Assembly: GCA_026936335.1 (NCBI GenBank)
Contig: JAPMXV010000052.1
Coordinates: 434,001 to 498,000, forward strand
Origin: Mantamonas sphyraenae STR306
Lineage: Eukaryota; Protista; CRuMs
DNA: 64,000 nt
Direction of reading: 5' to 3'
Part shown: in pieces, positions 34,401 to 48,351 of the stretch
How the letters are laid out: each line of letters opens with the position of its first letter
Numbering within the stretch: position 1 is the stretch's first letter
Program-made: the position numbers and the translations under genes
The notes under the pieces: model-generated
The model's input: the letters and a program-made list of their open reading frames with translations, nothing else
Database searches by the model: none
Told to the model about the DNA's origin: nothing

Positions 34401-35221
34401 TGCTTTCGGACAAGGTTGTCATCCTTGCGCTTGGCCGCATGCGTGCGGTGGGGACGAGTGCGCATCTGAAGAAACGATTTGGCGCGGGCTACACGCTGAC
34501 GTGTGTGACGGGACAGGAGCGTGTGCCCGAGGTGCGTGACTGGGTGGAGGGGCTGATCCCGAACGCTCGTTTTGACAGCGAGAACGCAGGCAACATCAAG
34601 TTTGGCATTCCGAGGCGCCAGGCAGCGGAAGTGGAGAAACTGTTGCACAAGATCGAAGAGATGAAGGCGGCGGGGGACAACATGATCCTTGACTGGGGTC
34701 TGGCGCGCACGACGCTGGAGGAGGTGTTCATCCGCGTCGTGCAAGGAGGCGACGGCTCGGTGATGGTTGGTGGGGACGATGAAGGTGGTTTGGTGGGCGT
34801 GCAGCAGATGAACGTGGCCATCGAAGGGCAGATGGATCCTGTGGGAGGCGTGGAAGTGGACGACTCGACGACGATGGCCCAGTTGCGCAAGATGATCAAG
34901 GAGCAGTTGGGGGAGGTGGTTCCGGACAACTTCCAGTTCCTGTCCAAGGGCGTGCCGCTGTTGGCTGGTCAGGAACCCGTGCGCAAATGCGTGACGTTCT
35001 TGCCCCTTGTGGTGCTGCGTGTTGCAGGTGGCGCCGGCAGCAGCAGCAGCAGCAGCCGCAGCAGCGCAGTTGGACGATCTAGCACGTCGGGCGAAGATCA
35101 AACCAAGATTCGCCAGCTGGAACAGCGAGTGATGTCATTGGAGTCGGAGCTGGAGCAACGTGCGCAGCGCATTGCCGAATTGGAGGCAATGCTGGCGGGC
35201 CAAGGTGTCGGGGAGAATTGA
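31493..35221 (+). CDS. ABCA-family half transporter with C-terminal ubiquitin-like segment and coiled coil (spliced)
   Basis: LLGHNGAGKST, GVCPQHDVLW, FSGGMKRRL, FMDEPTSGMDP, TTHSMEEAD, TTLEEVFI; exon 1 31493-31567 joins 31686 in phase 0. Confidence 0.93.
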
Positions 35222-35262
35222 GCAGGCAATTGAAGCGATTTTGCTTGTCATTTGCATTGTCC

Positions 35263-36370
35263 TCATGCAGCATCGGAAGAAGAGGATGAAGAGGAGGATG
35301 TGCTGGTCTCGTTGCCTGCCACACCGTCGTTGTTGTCGGCCCCGTCGCCTTCGGTGTGGAACTTCTCTTTGAGCTTCTTATCATTCTCTTTTTCAAACTC
35401 ACGCAGATCGTCCATGGACATGTCAATCCATTCGTCGGCCCAGGCAAACAGGTTGCGATGGGCGTCGAGAAAGACGTCACGGAGACCGGCCTTTTGCACA
35501 TACTTCTCCAGGGAGCCCTGCAGGCCCCAGATGCTGATGTCCAGAGACACGGTCTTGTAGCAGGTCATTACCGGGTCGGCTTTGGCCCTCCAGTCCTCGT
35601 CATTCATGTCGACGTCCACACATTTGGGCTGCTGGGCTTTTGGATCTTTGCCCTCGTCGTACTCGCCTGGAAACTCGTCGTGTGCGATGTCGATGATGTC
35701 CTTGGTCACTTTTTCCAGCTCCTTGTCCGACTTTCCAAGAGACTGTGAAGCAGGGGCGAGGGTTAGGGTGTCAGTCGGGTGTGGGCAATGACGGGCAGGT
35801 TGAAGTGCACGCACGTTTTCTGTGGCGCAATTGTCCGGCTTGTGCTCGCTCTCGACCGTCATGGAAAACTTGTCGCCCATGAAGGGCACACTATATGTGG
35901 TGAGACAGTATGGGTAGGCGTTCCAGGCCTTTTCGTGCACCTGCAGGGCGCTAGAGGGCAGGAGAGCAGCAATCCAGGAGGGCAGTTGGCTGTGACGGAG
36001 GTTGTGTGAGCGGTAGGCGCTGGGGATCAAAAAGGGATGGGGGATGAGACTCGGGTTCACACAGTAACACACCTTCCAATGTGCAGAATCTTGTACGTGT
36101 ACTGGCCTTTGCCTTTCTCGTCTTCGTAGGGCTCGTTGACGACCACCTCGACACCCTCCTGCTTGCCTTCGGCCATGTTCTTTTCTGTAGTCTCCGCAGC
36201 TGTTTTTTGCCACCATGTAGAGCTGTCCGACGCGGTATTGGTCGACGGTGAACGGGAGAGGGATTTGGCTGGGAAGATTCGAAGTACACAGCGCGAGTCA
36301 GTGAAGGACAGGGCGAAGTGGGACAATCAAGATCATGTGTTTGTGCGACTCACTATTCGATGACTAGCAT
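35263..36370 (-). CDS. Phosphatidylinositol transfer protein (PITP alpha/beta family), multi-exon
   Basis: MLVIEY start exon, EGVEVVVNEPYE..KGQYTYKILH, LPSWI, HEKAWNAYPY, MTCYK, HRNLFAWADEW. Confidence 0.93.
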
Positions 36371-36608
36371 CCTGGGGATGGGTTTTGAGGTGAGTGGGCT
36401 GGCGAGACGCTACGTGATTTTGTGGGGCGCTGAAGGATGACGTCAACAGCGTTGAGGATTGGTTTTCAACGAAGGAATTCGTGTTGCTCACATTTAGATA
36501 ATGAAGCAACACGGGACATGAAAACTGTTCGGGTCGGACGACATGGAAGATGCACATCATTGTGCCGCCGCGCAGGTGCGGCCATCGGTTCTTCTCCCCA
36601 TTCCCCTG

Positions 36609-39346
36609 ATGGACATCAACGAACAACAGCGTGCAGCGCAGCAACAGTATCAGTTTATGATGGCGCAGCAGCAGATGGCGCAGCAGCAGCAGCAGCAGGC
36701 TCAGCAGCAGCAGCAGGCTCAGCAGCAGTACCTGATGCGCAATGGAAACGGACAAGGCATGGGCCCGCAAGGACAGCAGACACAACTGGGCATGCAAGGA
36801 GGCATTGGCAACGGTGGACCCATGGTGCTGGGTGGTGGCTTTGTCCACTATCAGCCTCAGCACGGCTACGGAAACGGTGGAGGCGAGGAAAACGGCCAGG
36901 GAGGCAATGGAGGACGTGACGGACAGACGCCAGAGCGGTCGTCGGGATCGGAAAGCAATGGACAAGTGCAGGGAGGAAGCAACACAAAGCAATCTGGCGA
37001 GTACCAGCAGTTCCAGCTGGAAGAGTCGGAGGGAGAAGATGGGCAGGGCGGCGGAGGCATGCAGGGAGGCATGGTGAACAACGGAACATGGTACCCGGGC
37101 TCACCGGCGCAGGAGCAAGGTAGCCAAGGGTCGCAGGGCCCTGTGTACATCAGCAGCGACGGGTACAGGCCTCCGATGCAGGTGCAGTATGCATCCGATG
37201 GGTACGGACCCAACGGAGACACCATGGGCATGGGCACGCAGCTGATCAATAACCAGTCGAGCAACATGGTAGGTGGCAGGTGAGGCGAGGTGGCGTAGAG
37301 CTGGGTTAGGCGGCCGGGGACGGCGGGGGGTGTGCAAGGGGGGAAGTTGGCGCGTTTTTCTTGGAGAAGAAAATTGTGTCCGGAAAGCCTGCGAGCAATG
37401 GACGGGAAGGGAGAGGCCGAATGGGTAGGAGAGGGCGCTGACACGGATGGGATGGACGTGGATGTGGGATGACACATGGACACCTGCTCGCACGACAGAT
37501 GTACGCCAACAACCTGGAGAGCGTGTACCAGGAGCAGCAAAAGGCAGTGAATCTGGCGCAGGCAAACATGCAGCTGCGGTACCAGCTGGCGATGGAGACG
37601 CAGACGAGCATGGAGCTTCGCGAACAGGTGCAAGATCTGCTGCGTGATGTGCAGGATGCGCAGACAGAGGCGATGAACGCACACAAGGGTGAGGAGCTGT
37701 TGAAGGTGCGCATGGAGGCAACGTCGCAGACGCTGGCCGACCAGAAGGAGCAGCTGCGAGAGGCGCGGGAACAGGTGCGAGACCTGCAGAAAACGCTGGA
37801 GTCGGAGCGCAAGGAGAAGTGGGAAGGCATGCGTACGTTGATGCAGCAGGGCCTGAAGGGCGACGGCAGCAGCGGACAAGCAGCACAAGAGGAGGCAGCA
37901 CGTGTGATGTTGGAGCTGGCTCAGGTGCGCATCGAACTGTCCAATGCCAAGCAGGCATTGGACGATGAGCACGAGGCGGCAAACGGCGTGCGCCAGCGGC
38001 TGAACACGTTGGAGTACAAACTGAAGCAGGAGCAGGTGACAAACAACTCGCTGAACGAGTCGCTGAAGAAGGAGCGTGCACTCGTGTCGCAGCTGCGTGA
38101 CCAAGCCAAGGAGAGCAACAAAGACAAGGCGATGTGGTTGAAGAACTATGACCAGGCGGTGCGGTACATCTACCGCGTGCAAACGGCGCTGGGCAAGGAG
38201 ATTGAGAAGAACAGCGGCAAGATGAGCAAGCAAACCGAGTCATTGCTGGCACGTGAGTGGCAACTTAGCGCACAGGTGGGCAAGAAGCTGGAGCAGTCGG
38301 GCGAAACAGTCGCATCGCGCGCTTTGGCTGGGGCAAAGGCTGCAGCGCAGAAGACCAAGCCCAACGGCGGCGGCAGCAGCAGCAGCACAGGCGCAGGAGC
38401 ATCGTCGGCGTCGTCATCATCGACGACTTCAGTGGCTTCGGGATCTGGGTCGGGTGCAGCAAGCAGCACGGCCACAGGAGGGAGCTCGACCCCTGGCAAT
38501 GGCAATGGCAAGGGCGGGAAGCGAGGCAGCACTGCATCGGCGACGTCCACCAAGAGCCCCGCTGGTGGCAAAACAGCTGGCGCTGGTGGCAACAACAAAA
38601 GCAGCACCGGCGTGCAGGATGTGCGTCTGAAGAACGGCAATCGCCAGGGAGCCGGGAATCACTCGAAAGCAGGCAAGAGCGCCGGCGTGGCGGACAACAG
38701 CAACAGCAACAGCAACAGCAAGGGCAACAGCAGTGGTCTCAACGAAGGTGGAAGTGCTGGTAAGGGTGGAAAGAACTCGCACAACGCCATTCCGACAAAG
38801 CCGAAGAAGATGGCAGAGCGCGAAGCGGCGGCAGCAGCGGCTTCAGGGAAGCATGCGAGCACGAGCGACGTGAGACAGAAAGCACAAAAGACAAAGACGC
38901 CCAAGACGCCCGAGGTTGTGATGCCCCCCGCAAAGAACAAGTACGGGAAGCCGAGTACCGATGAACGGGCGGCAACGAGGAAGCAATCGACCGGCCGTGA
39001 GTACCGCACTGTGTATGGCGAGGCTGTGGCAGAGGCGGAGCGAGTGGCCAAAAAGGACAAGAAGGGAGAGGGCAATGGTAGCAGGAGGGGCAGCCAAAAC
39101 AGCAACAACAGCAAGGGAGCAGGAACGGCGTCACCGAGCAAGGCCCAAGGATCCCAGCGCACAAACACCAGCGGCAACAGCAACAGCAGCAGCAAGGTCA
39201 GCGGCAAAGGCAGCACGACTCCCAACAGCGGCGGAGGTAAGAAGGGAGGAGCAAGTGGCAAGAGCAGCAACAAACCGCAGCAACAGCAACAGCAGCCGCA
39301 GAACGCACAAAAAACGAGCAAGAGCAACAGCAAGAGCAACAGCAAT

Positions 39347-39382
<36 letters not shown>

Positions 39383-42300
39383 AGCGGCAACAGCAGCAAG
39401 TCCGCAGGATCCAAGACGGGAGTGGCACAGTGGGAGCAGCAGAAGCCGCGGGAGAACGTGCGCGCTCGGCGCCAACGCACAAGCAATGGGGCGGCGAAGG
39501 AAGAAGGGAAACGCCAAGGGTGAAAAGAAACCCAATGAACAGGAGAAAGGACAGCCGCAAGAAGCGATTGCGTCCCAATCAGGCATCCCTGTGGTGAGCA
39601 TTGGCGGCGTGGCCCGCAATCAGAATCGTGGCGGTGCAGGACGAGGTCTAGCCCGCAGCGGAAGCAGCCGCAGTAGCACAGGCGGTCTTGCAGCACAGTC
39701 CAATAGCAACAAGAGCAGATCATCTGCGTGGGGAAAGGCACCGAGCCCAGCAAAGGATTTGCAGGACGACTTTCCCGAACTTGGCGCGTCGAGTGCAAAC
39801 GGCCATTCGGCGTGGGACGAGGACAATGAGACAGAGACGAAAACGACCAGCAAGAGCGTGCAAGGCAAGCAAAGGGGCACGCAGAAGGCAAAGGACGTGG
39901 AGGAAGGTGACAACGGGAAAGCAGTGGAGTCGGAGGAGGACGAGCGGCTTGCGCAGTTTGCGCGGCTGATGGATGAAGCCGAGGCGAGCAGCGAAAGCGA
40001 AGCCGAGACGGGCCAGGAAGGGGAAGACGACGAAGATGACGGGTCCAAGGGAAAGAAGAAACGAAAGCGCAAGAGGAAGCGCAAGAAAAAGGGATCGAAC
40101 GTGAACAAGGAGGTGGAGGAAGCGAGTGACGAGCAGCTGACCCACAAGGCGTCCCTGGCAGCGCTGCACCCTTCCCCGGTGTCCACGGTAAGTGTGCGCA
40201 AGTCGCCACAGTCTACACTAGCGCAAGAGGAATCATGGAAACCTCAGAGTGAGGTACACTCGATTGGGAGTGCGGAAAAGGCGCTGACGGCTGCCAGGAA
40301 GTTCAAGGCAGCGCTGACCAGCGATGGAGATGATACATCGGGTGAAGATGACAATCAGGAGGTTGGAGTGGGCAGTGTGACCATGCGAGAGGCAGCACAA
40401 TCGCCACCTGTGCCTGGGCGCATGCCAGAGGAGCCGAAAGCTGCCACCAAAAAGAAGCCGCGGGCTGCGCTGATGGTGGAGAAGGAGTGGCAACCTGTTA
40501 GCAGCAAGCTGGCCAAAGCTAGTTTGGTGCTTAAAGCAGTCAGCATGTTTACGGATGGGCTTCACGACGCCGACGACAAACACAGCGCGGTGGCCAAGGC
40601 TGTGGATGTGGACGCGAGTGCGACAGTCATTCAGAAAGTGTATCGCAAGCGATTGCAGATTTGGAAGGAGCGAGAGGCCGAGGAGAAGGCGAGGAAGCAG
40701 AAGGAGGCTGAGGAGAAGGCGAGGAAGCAGAAGGAGGCTGAAGAGAAGGCGAGGAAGCAGAAGGAGGCTGAGGAGAAGGCGAGGAAGCAGAAGGAGGCTG
40801 AAGAGAAGGCAAAGAAGCAGAAGGAGGCCGAGGAGAAGGCGAGGAAGCAGAAGGAGGCTGAGGAGAAGGCGAGGAAGCAGAAAGAGGCCGAGGAGAAGGT
40901 GAAGAAGCAGAAGGAGGCTGAGGAGAAGGCGAGGAAGCAGAAGGAGGCTGAGCAGAAGGAGGCTGAGGAGAAGGCGAGGAAGCAGAAGGAGGCCGAGGAG
41001 AAGGCGAGGAAGCAGAAGGAGGCTGAGGAGAAGGCGAGGAAGCAGAAGGAGGCTGAAGAGAAGGCAAAGAAGCAGAAGGAGGCTGAGGAGAAGGCGAGGA
41101 AGCAGAAGGAGGCCGAGAGAAGAAGCAGAAGGAGGCGAGGAGAAGGCGAGGAAGCAGAAGAAGCCGAGAGCGAGGAAGCAGAAGGAGAAGGAGAAGCAAA
41201 GAAGCAGAAGGAGGCTGAAGAGAAGGCGAGGAAGCAGCAAAGAAGCAGAAAGAAGAGGCTGAAGAAAGGCGAGGAAGCTGTGGCAAGGGCGCGAGCCAAC
41301 GCAGCGAAGAAGCAGAAGGATGCTGTCGAAAGAGCCAAAGCGGCAGCTCAGAAAGCGAGAATGGAAGCTGAGGAAAGCGCAAAGAAGGCAGCCGCTAAAG
41401 CCAAACAGCAAAAAGAGGCCGAGGAAGCTGCCAGACAAGAATCTGCTGGTTCAGAAGCAGAAACAAAGACTGTCAGTGCGAAGAAGCAGCCGCGGCAGTT
41501 GCTGGCGATGGAGACCCCCTTTGTTGTGCCGTCCAAGCTCAAGACATCGCTTTCGGTGCTGCATGCCGCCAGTGCCTTTAAACACGGTCTCAGCCACCCC
41601 AAGCACATGCCTCAGCCTAAAGTGGTGGTGAAGGAGACGCCTGTGCGCCCCACTCCGTCCTTCAAGCCATCCGCGCAAGGTGTGATCGTGAAACGCAACT
41701 CACAAGCACCAACGTCGCCTGAGAACAGCAATGGCACGATTACGCCTGCTCAGACTCATGAAGAGTCACGCAAGCAGAAAAAGGCACGCAAGCGGTTGTC
41801 GCAAGAGGAGGAATGGCGGCCCGAATCCAAGAAACTGCACCGTGCCATGAACGTTGTGCGTGCCCTTGCATCCATGCGCCACGGCATGATCAACACCAAC
41901 ATGAATGCTTTGCCAAAGGGGGTTGAGTTGGACAGCCACGTGAAACCATGGTCGCCCAAAACGCAGAGCACGGTGCGCAACCCTATTCCGAAACCGTCCG
42001 CCGCCTCCGGGGATCCCCAAAGCCCGGTCGCAGTCACAACACTGCGCAGTGCGTCTGCCAATGATCACGAGCAACCCATTTCCCCGGCCACGCCGTCCCT
42101 GTTCATCAACCGTCGCCCTGGCAGTGCGGAAGGCTTTGCCAGCACGCCATCCTCACCAGCGGTGGATCAGATCTACCGTGAACTCCTGGATGCACAGAGG
42201 GCGAGTGGGGAAGAACGGACGGGTCGCATGTTGGCCGACCAGCGCGTGGAACAGTTGAGCAGCATGAACGCGGAGTTGCGAGCGGAGCTGAAACAGGTCC

Positions 42301-44111
42301 AGGCACAGGAGCGTGAAGCCAACCACAAGCTGCATGCCATGGAAAACCGTATGCAAGTGGAAGCGATGGAGCACCGCACATCCATGCAACATGCCAAGGA
42401 AGCTGTGCACGAAGCCAAAGAGGCGCAAAAGGAGTCGCAGCAGCGAGCCGACGCCTTGGCCGAGCAAGTCAAGCAACTGCAGGCTCAGATCGAAAGCACA
42501 AAGGCAAGCAAATCAGCTACGCCTTTGGAGGTGCTTCATCAGATGCAAGTCAAGGACGAGCGGTTGGCGAGGCTGGAAGCAAATGAGCAGACGCTTCGTT
42601 CCAAAGTCGACCAGCTGGACCAGGCATTGGAAAACAGCAAGCACGACGCAGCCATGCTTCGATCAGAGAACACACAGATGAAGAGCAGCCACGGAGCAAA
42701 GGTGGACTCGCTGCAGAGTGAGCTGGAGGCAAAGGCAAAGTCGCTGCAGGAAAGCCGCGTGGAGGTACAGTCATTGCAGCTGCAGGTGTCACAGTTGCGC
42801 AAGGAGATGGACGCACAAGTGAACTATCTCAAGGACGAGCTGGACACGGCGCGCGAAAAGCGAGCGGCTCTGAACGAAGAGTTGGCAGAGGCAAAGGTGC
42901 AGCTCAGTGACGCGCGTGGCCAGCTGCAACGCGAGGTGAACGAGCGAGTGGCCCAAGAACAGTTGAGCAACGAAAGGTACGCCGAGTTGACCCGGACACA
43001 GCGGGAACTGGCCGAGAGCCAGGAGCTGGTGCGTACACATGAGCGAAAGCAACTGGAGGCAGTACAGCAGGCGAGCAAACTGCAAGCCAACGTGGATGAC
43101 CGACAGCTGTGGCTGGATGAGGCACGCGATGCCAAAGTTCGTCTGGAAACAGAGGTGGCAGTGCTGAAAGAGCGGCTGCGGTTTGCAGAAACCCAGATGG
43201 AAAAGCTGCAGGAGGCACTTGCCAAGGAGGAGGCGCGCACGGAAGCAGCACGAGCAGAAAGCACAGAGAGGCATGCAGAACTGAACAAGCAGCACAACAT
43301 GGTGCAGTCATTGGCGTCGCAACTGAGCAGCGAGCGGCTGGAACATGATGCTGACCTGGAACGAATGGAAGCGATGCACGCTCAGCTTGTGGACATGCAG
43401 CAGCGCATGGAGGCGGCCGAAAGTGGCGAAAGGGCACAGATGCACAAACGCATGTCCTTGGAAGAGTCGTTGAGCATGCTGAACAAGGAGATGCAGGCGA
43501 TGGAACGCTCTCATCGGTCGGTGGAGGAAGAGCTCCGTCGCCTGAAACAGGAACACACGCGTGTGTGTGCCAGCTTCGAAGACACAGAAGTGAAGTTGGC
43601 CAGACGCATCGATGCAGAGGACAAAGAGCGCACAAAGGCCCGCGAACTGGCCGAGGAGAAGCAGATCCTGGAGCAGCAGATGCAGCAGCTGCAGGAAAGG
43701 TTCGACGGCAGCGAACGCACGCGGCACGAGGTCATTGAAAAGGCCAGTCGCTACGAGGCGGTGCGCAACGAATTGGAGCAACTCAAAGCAAGCAGCAGCA
43801 ACAAGATTCGTTTCCTCGAACAGCAATTTGACGATACTGTGCGGGAGCTGCTGGACCAGCGCAGCCAAAAGACGGCGTACCACGTACAAGTCGATGCGAT
43901 GGAGGTGCAACTAAGGGACATGGAGAGCAAGATGCACAACATGGAGCTGGGAGTGCGCGAGTTGCGGGATGCAAACGAAGAATTGCACACAGCCAACGTG
44001 TCGCTGACGCTGGCCGTGCAGCAATTGGAGATGCACAACCACAACCTGCAAGAGCAGATCCGACGCAAAGAGGAGCTTGAAACTCAGTTGTATTCGCTCT
44101 ACAGGCGTTGA
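36609..44111 (+). CDS. Very large low-complexity/coiled-coil protein (poly-Q, S/G/N/K-rich, KQKEAEEKAR repeats, IQ-like motif); intron ~37278-37498 and apparent frameshift ~39500
   Basis: ORFs 36543..37283, 37469..39523 and 38961..44111 tile with continuous composition; could be two genes. Confidence 0.65.
40674..41115 (+). repeat. Coding 30-bp tandem repeat (EAEEKARKQK), about 14 copies, degenerating to ~41270
   Basis: gaggcygaggagaaggcgaggaagcagaag units; charged single-alpha-helix-like. Confidence 0.95.
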
Positions 44112-47100
44112 CGCGTTTTTGTGTCAGCGTTCGCGGCAATGTCAAACACAGGTGCAGCCAGATCCATGACCACGGGAAAGTCGACAAAGGAGTAGCGGCC
44201 CCAATTCGGGTCGTTGGCCCAAGCAAACGGGGTGAAGCGAGGACTACGGATGCCATGAAAGATCTTGGCCACACTGCGTGGCGAGTCCAGCACGTCGATG
44301 TGTCGATGCACAAACACAGTCAGGTCCATCTTGAGTGCCTGCACTTCCTTGCTCTCCTTGGTGTACTTTGTGATCTGCTCGGGCACGGCCAGAGTGGCCT
44401 CTTCTGCGTCCAGACCGTCCTGTTCAAAGTACTCGTCGATGGCTGCGTGGATGGCCTCGCAGCGATTGTCCAGCGATTGTGGGTCGTCTCGCGTGTCCCT
44501 ATCGTCAAAGACACTGTACACCAGCTCGCTGCACTTGTCCATGGCGTTCTCGTGCAGGATGTTGTAGATTGCGTTGAGTTTGAGCAACTTGCACGTTTCC
44601 AGCACAGCCACCTTGGCATACAGGGTCTGCACCAGCTCGTCACGATCCTGCACCAACGAGTGGACATTGAGGACGTAGGAGCGATCGGACCACTCCAAAC
44701 TAAGTTCGCCGCCGGTCTTGAGACGCCAGAGAGCACTGCGGACAGCCTCAAAGGACCACTGCAGCTCCTGGGCCACGTCTACGACGGAGAAGCGATGGCA
44801 GCCCTGGGTAACGCGCGAGTGCTTGACAATGGCAGCAACGAGGTCGGAAGAGCGTGCCAGATCGACGGGCCGCTGTTTGTAGAAGCGAGCCACGCAAGTT
44901 GTGCACTGGATGGGCAGCAGTTGGATCAGCCCCATGGCTTCCATCATCACAAGCAGCGTGGCCACCACTTCTGCGCTGCAGTTGTGTTCAAACTCGGCCT
45001 CGGCAACAGAAATGTACATGCGGTGTGTTTGCACTGGGGCAGCGCTGTACTCCACCTGGCCAAACACCTGGTCGACGAGCGCCTGCACCACGTGCTCGTC
45101 CATGGATTCGGAGAAACTGAGGCTGCGGTGACGCAGGTACTCGTCAAAGTGGACAAAGGTGTGGCAAAAGGCAGGTTTGCCGTCGCGTCCAGCACGTCCA
45201 ATCTCCTGCATGTACGCCTCGGGGGATTTTGGCATGCTGAAATGGATGACTGCACGCACGTCCTGCTTGTCGATACCCATGCCAAAGGCAACGGTGGCAA
45301 CGACAATGCGCAGGCGGCCACGCATAAAGAGGTCTTGCACATGCCTCCGTTCCTCTGCCTTCTTGCCCGCATGGTAGCTCATGGCCTCCATCCCCTCAGT
45401 CTGCAGGCTGCTGGCCACAGAGTCTGCCTCTGCACGCCGGCCGCAGTACACAATGATGCTGTCCAGGTCCTTGTAGTGCGGGGTGGACAGGAGGAGGAGC
45501 AGCGCTCGGTAGCGGTCGTCGTCCAGGCTGACACTGATCTTGAGATTGCGCCTGGAACAGCCAATGCGCACGACCTGCTCGGCAGGAATGCCCAGGATGT
45601 CAATGATGGACGCCTGTGTTTCCAGGGTGGCAGTGGCAGTCAGAGCCAGGATGCATTGGATGCCCAAGTCGGTAAGGATGGCGTTCTTGAGGCGCAGGTA
45701 GGCAGTGCGAAAGTTGTGTGACCATTCGGTGACACAGTGGGCCTCGTCGACACAGGCGAGAAGGGGCTGTGGCAGCGAACGCACAAAGTGGATGAACCCC
45801 GGGGTAAACAAGCGCTCGGGCGACACAAACAGCACCTTGAGCTTGTTTGCACGGAGGTCACGATACACAGCTTTGCTGTCGTCGTCGCTCTGGCTGGAGT
45901 TGAGGATTGCGCCCGGGATGGCGGCTGGGAGCTGCTCCAACTGGTCCTGCATAAGGGAGATGAGCGGTGAGACCACCAGCGTGAGACCAGGCAGCATGTG
46001 AGCTGCCAATTGGTACACGAGGGACTTGCCACCGCCCGTAGGCAGCACAAGCAAGGTGGATTCGCCAGCAAGGACCTGACGCAGAGCCTTCTCCTGGCCT
46101 GGGCGAAACTCAGTGTGGCCAAACACGGCGTTGAGCTCACCATACAACTGCTTGGAGTCGACCAGGTCCGGTGAAGCGGCGTACGGGTTGGCTGAGGGTT
46201 GGAAAGCTGCGTTCTGGCTGAGCGCTGACTGTGAGCCGTCGGCGTCCACAGCCAAGAAGGAACGTCGCATTTGCATGTCCTGGACCCCGTTCGGGATGCA
46301 GGAGAGGCCCTTGGTGCCCATGTAAGCCCTGTTTTTGGCCAGATTCTTTGCTTCCATGCCGTTGCGATCCTTTTGGGTCAGTTTCCGGCGTGCCGCAGCC
46401 GATGACGAGGCACTTGGGTTGCTGCCCCAACCCCCGTAGTGGTACCCCTCGCTCTGTCGCCCTGCACTGGCGTAGCGCTTGCCACCACGTCCGTAACGGC
46501 CCTTGTACGCACCGCTGTTGCGTGCGCCTTTGAGCGCAAACTTGCGGTGGTTCTGGAAGGCCTTGTTGTACGATGATGTTGATGCCGATGATGAGGAAGA
46601 GGAGGAGGCCGAAGAAGATGCACGTGAGCGTTTGGAGGCACCTTGCGTGGCAGTGGAAGCGCGTGTCTTGCGCCGTTTGGTGCGCACGGCCTTGTCAGAA
46701 GGCGGCGAGGCGACGACATCCTCTTCGCCTTCGCTGTCGCTGCCGTCAAAGGCAAATGGATCATGCCCCTGCATCTTGACTGGGGACACGGTGAGGGCAG
46801 TGTGTTTGTGCGGGGAGGAAGATGAGGAGGAGGAGGAGGCAGCTGTGGTCACCTTGCTTCCAGCTGGACTGAGCATGCGTGCAGCACGCTTGTTCTTCAG
46901 TCTGGGAGAGCGACGTACATGCTTGGCCTTGAGGGGCGAGCTGATGGCGACATTGGCAGCCATAAGCGAGGACGACGTTGCGGTGGTGGAGCGTGCGGAA
47001 GGGGCGAGCGAGGAGGTATGATGATGAAAGGTGGATGGCAGAGGCACAGGCTGGTTGGCGTTGGCAGACTCCTCCATGGCCAACAGCGCCTGGATCTGTG

Positions 47101-48351
47101 CATCTTCCTTCTCTTCGTCCGTCTGTGCCCGTTGGACAGCCTCCATTGCCAGCTGCTGCTCCATGCGCAGGATTTCCTCGTCGTCGTCGATGTCTTCGAT
47201 CATGGAGGACATGAGGGAAGGTCGCCTGGCGTTGAACTGGCCTCGGCGGACATAGGGTGCGTCGGCGCTGTCTTCGGAGATGAGATCATCCCCAACCATG
47301 GACACGCTTGAGTCTGTGACAAGCAGAGCCGGGGTGGATGGGCGTGATGAGGTCGGGGAGGAGGAGGAGGAGGAGGAAGCGGAGGTTGCTCCGCCTGCTG
47401 TAGTTGTCGCCAGAGCGTGGAGGGCATGGCTGCTTGGGGCTCGATGCAACCCACTGGACATGAGCCCTGCGCCTTTGGTGACAATGATGCCTGAGGTGTC
47501 ATCGTCGTCATCGTCGTCGTCGCGCAGATCGGCCAAGAGACTGGCAATGGAGGCGACGCTTTGCGAGCGCTGCACTGCCAGAGCCTCTGCCTGCGCTTGT
47601 TCCTGTGCGCTTTTGCTTGATTTGTACATGTGTCCCGAGGCGTCGGGCAGGTGGATTTCCTTGTGGTGCGCCTCGCCGTGTTGTGGGAGGGCGTGGCTTA
47701 CGGTAAGGCGCTCGTCACCAAAGTGCTGGCTCAGCCACCGGTCCCTGGCCGTGTCTGCGTCTGTATGGCCATCCTCTTGTGTGCTCATTGCGTCCACATT
47801 GCCCTGCGTGAGGCTGCTGGTTAGCTTGGCAGGTCCCTCCACAGGTGTCTCTTGTTGTTCCTGCTGGCTGTTGAGCAGGGCAGACATGCTCATGACACGT
47901 GGTGCCTTGCGTGGGGCAGGTGGCTGTGCAATGCTTTCTCTTCCCGTGGTTGTTGTGCTTCTGCTGGTGCTGCGTCGCCTGCTGCTGGCGCTGGGCGCCG
48001 GCGCCTCGCTCTGCTTTCTCAGCCGCCGATACTGTTTGTACAATTCGGCTGCACGGGACGTGACGGCACACAAGGGGTCGCGTTGACGGACACAGTGTCA
48101 GATGGTTGGGTGTGCGGGTGCGGTGGATGTCTTCCTAGTTCCACGAGGCGACTGGACAGGAAGCGGATCAGGTTGCGCGCCCTGATCACACCACGACACG
48201 GACGGCCGGAAAAGTAAAACTCACTCAGTCCGGCTGCTGCGACGTCTTTTGGCGTGGCACGGCGTTCATGCTCCACTTCAAACTGCTTCTCCCATGTCTT
48301 GAGCCGCTTCTTGAGCTGCCTGCGTGCGGTCTCGCCGTCCTCGACGTCCAT
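44099..48351 (-). CDS. RECQL4: RecQ helicase RECQL4-like with N-terminal Sld2-like segment (2 exons)
   Basis: LKKRLKTWEKQFEVEHERRATPKDV; FRPGQE, LPTGGGKSLVYQL, CVDEAHCVTEWSHNFRTAY, QEIGRAGRDG, VAKIFHGIRSP. Confidence 0.93.

Noticed and set aside
40674-41115. Regular 30-bp repeats as a CRISPR array
   Set aside because: No unique spacers; an in-frame coding tandem repeat in a eukaryotic gene.
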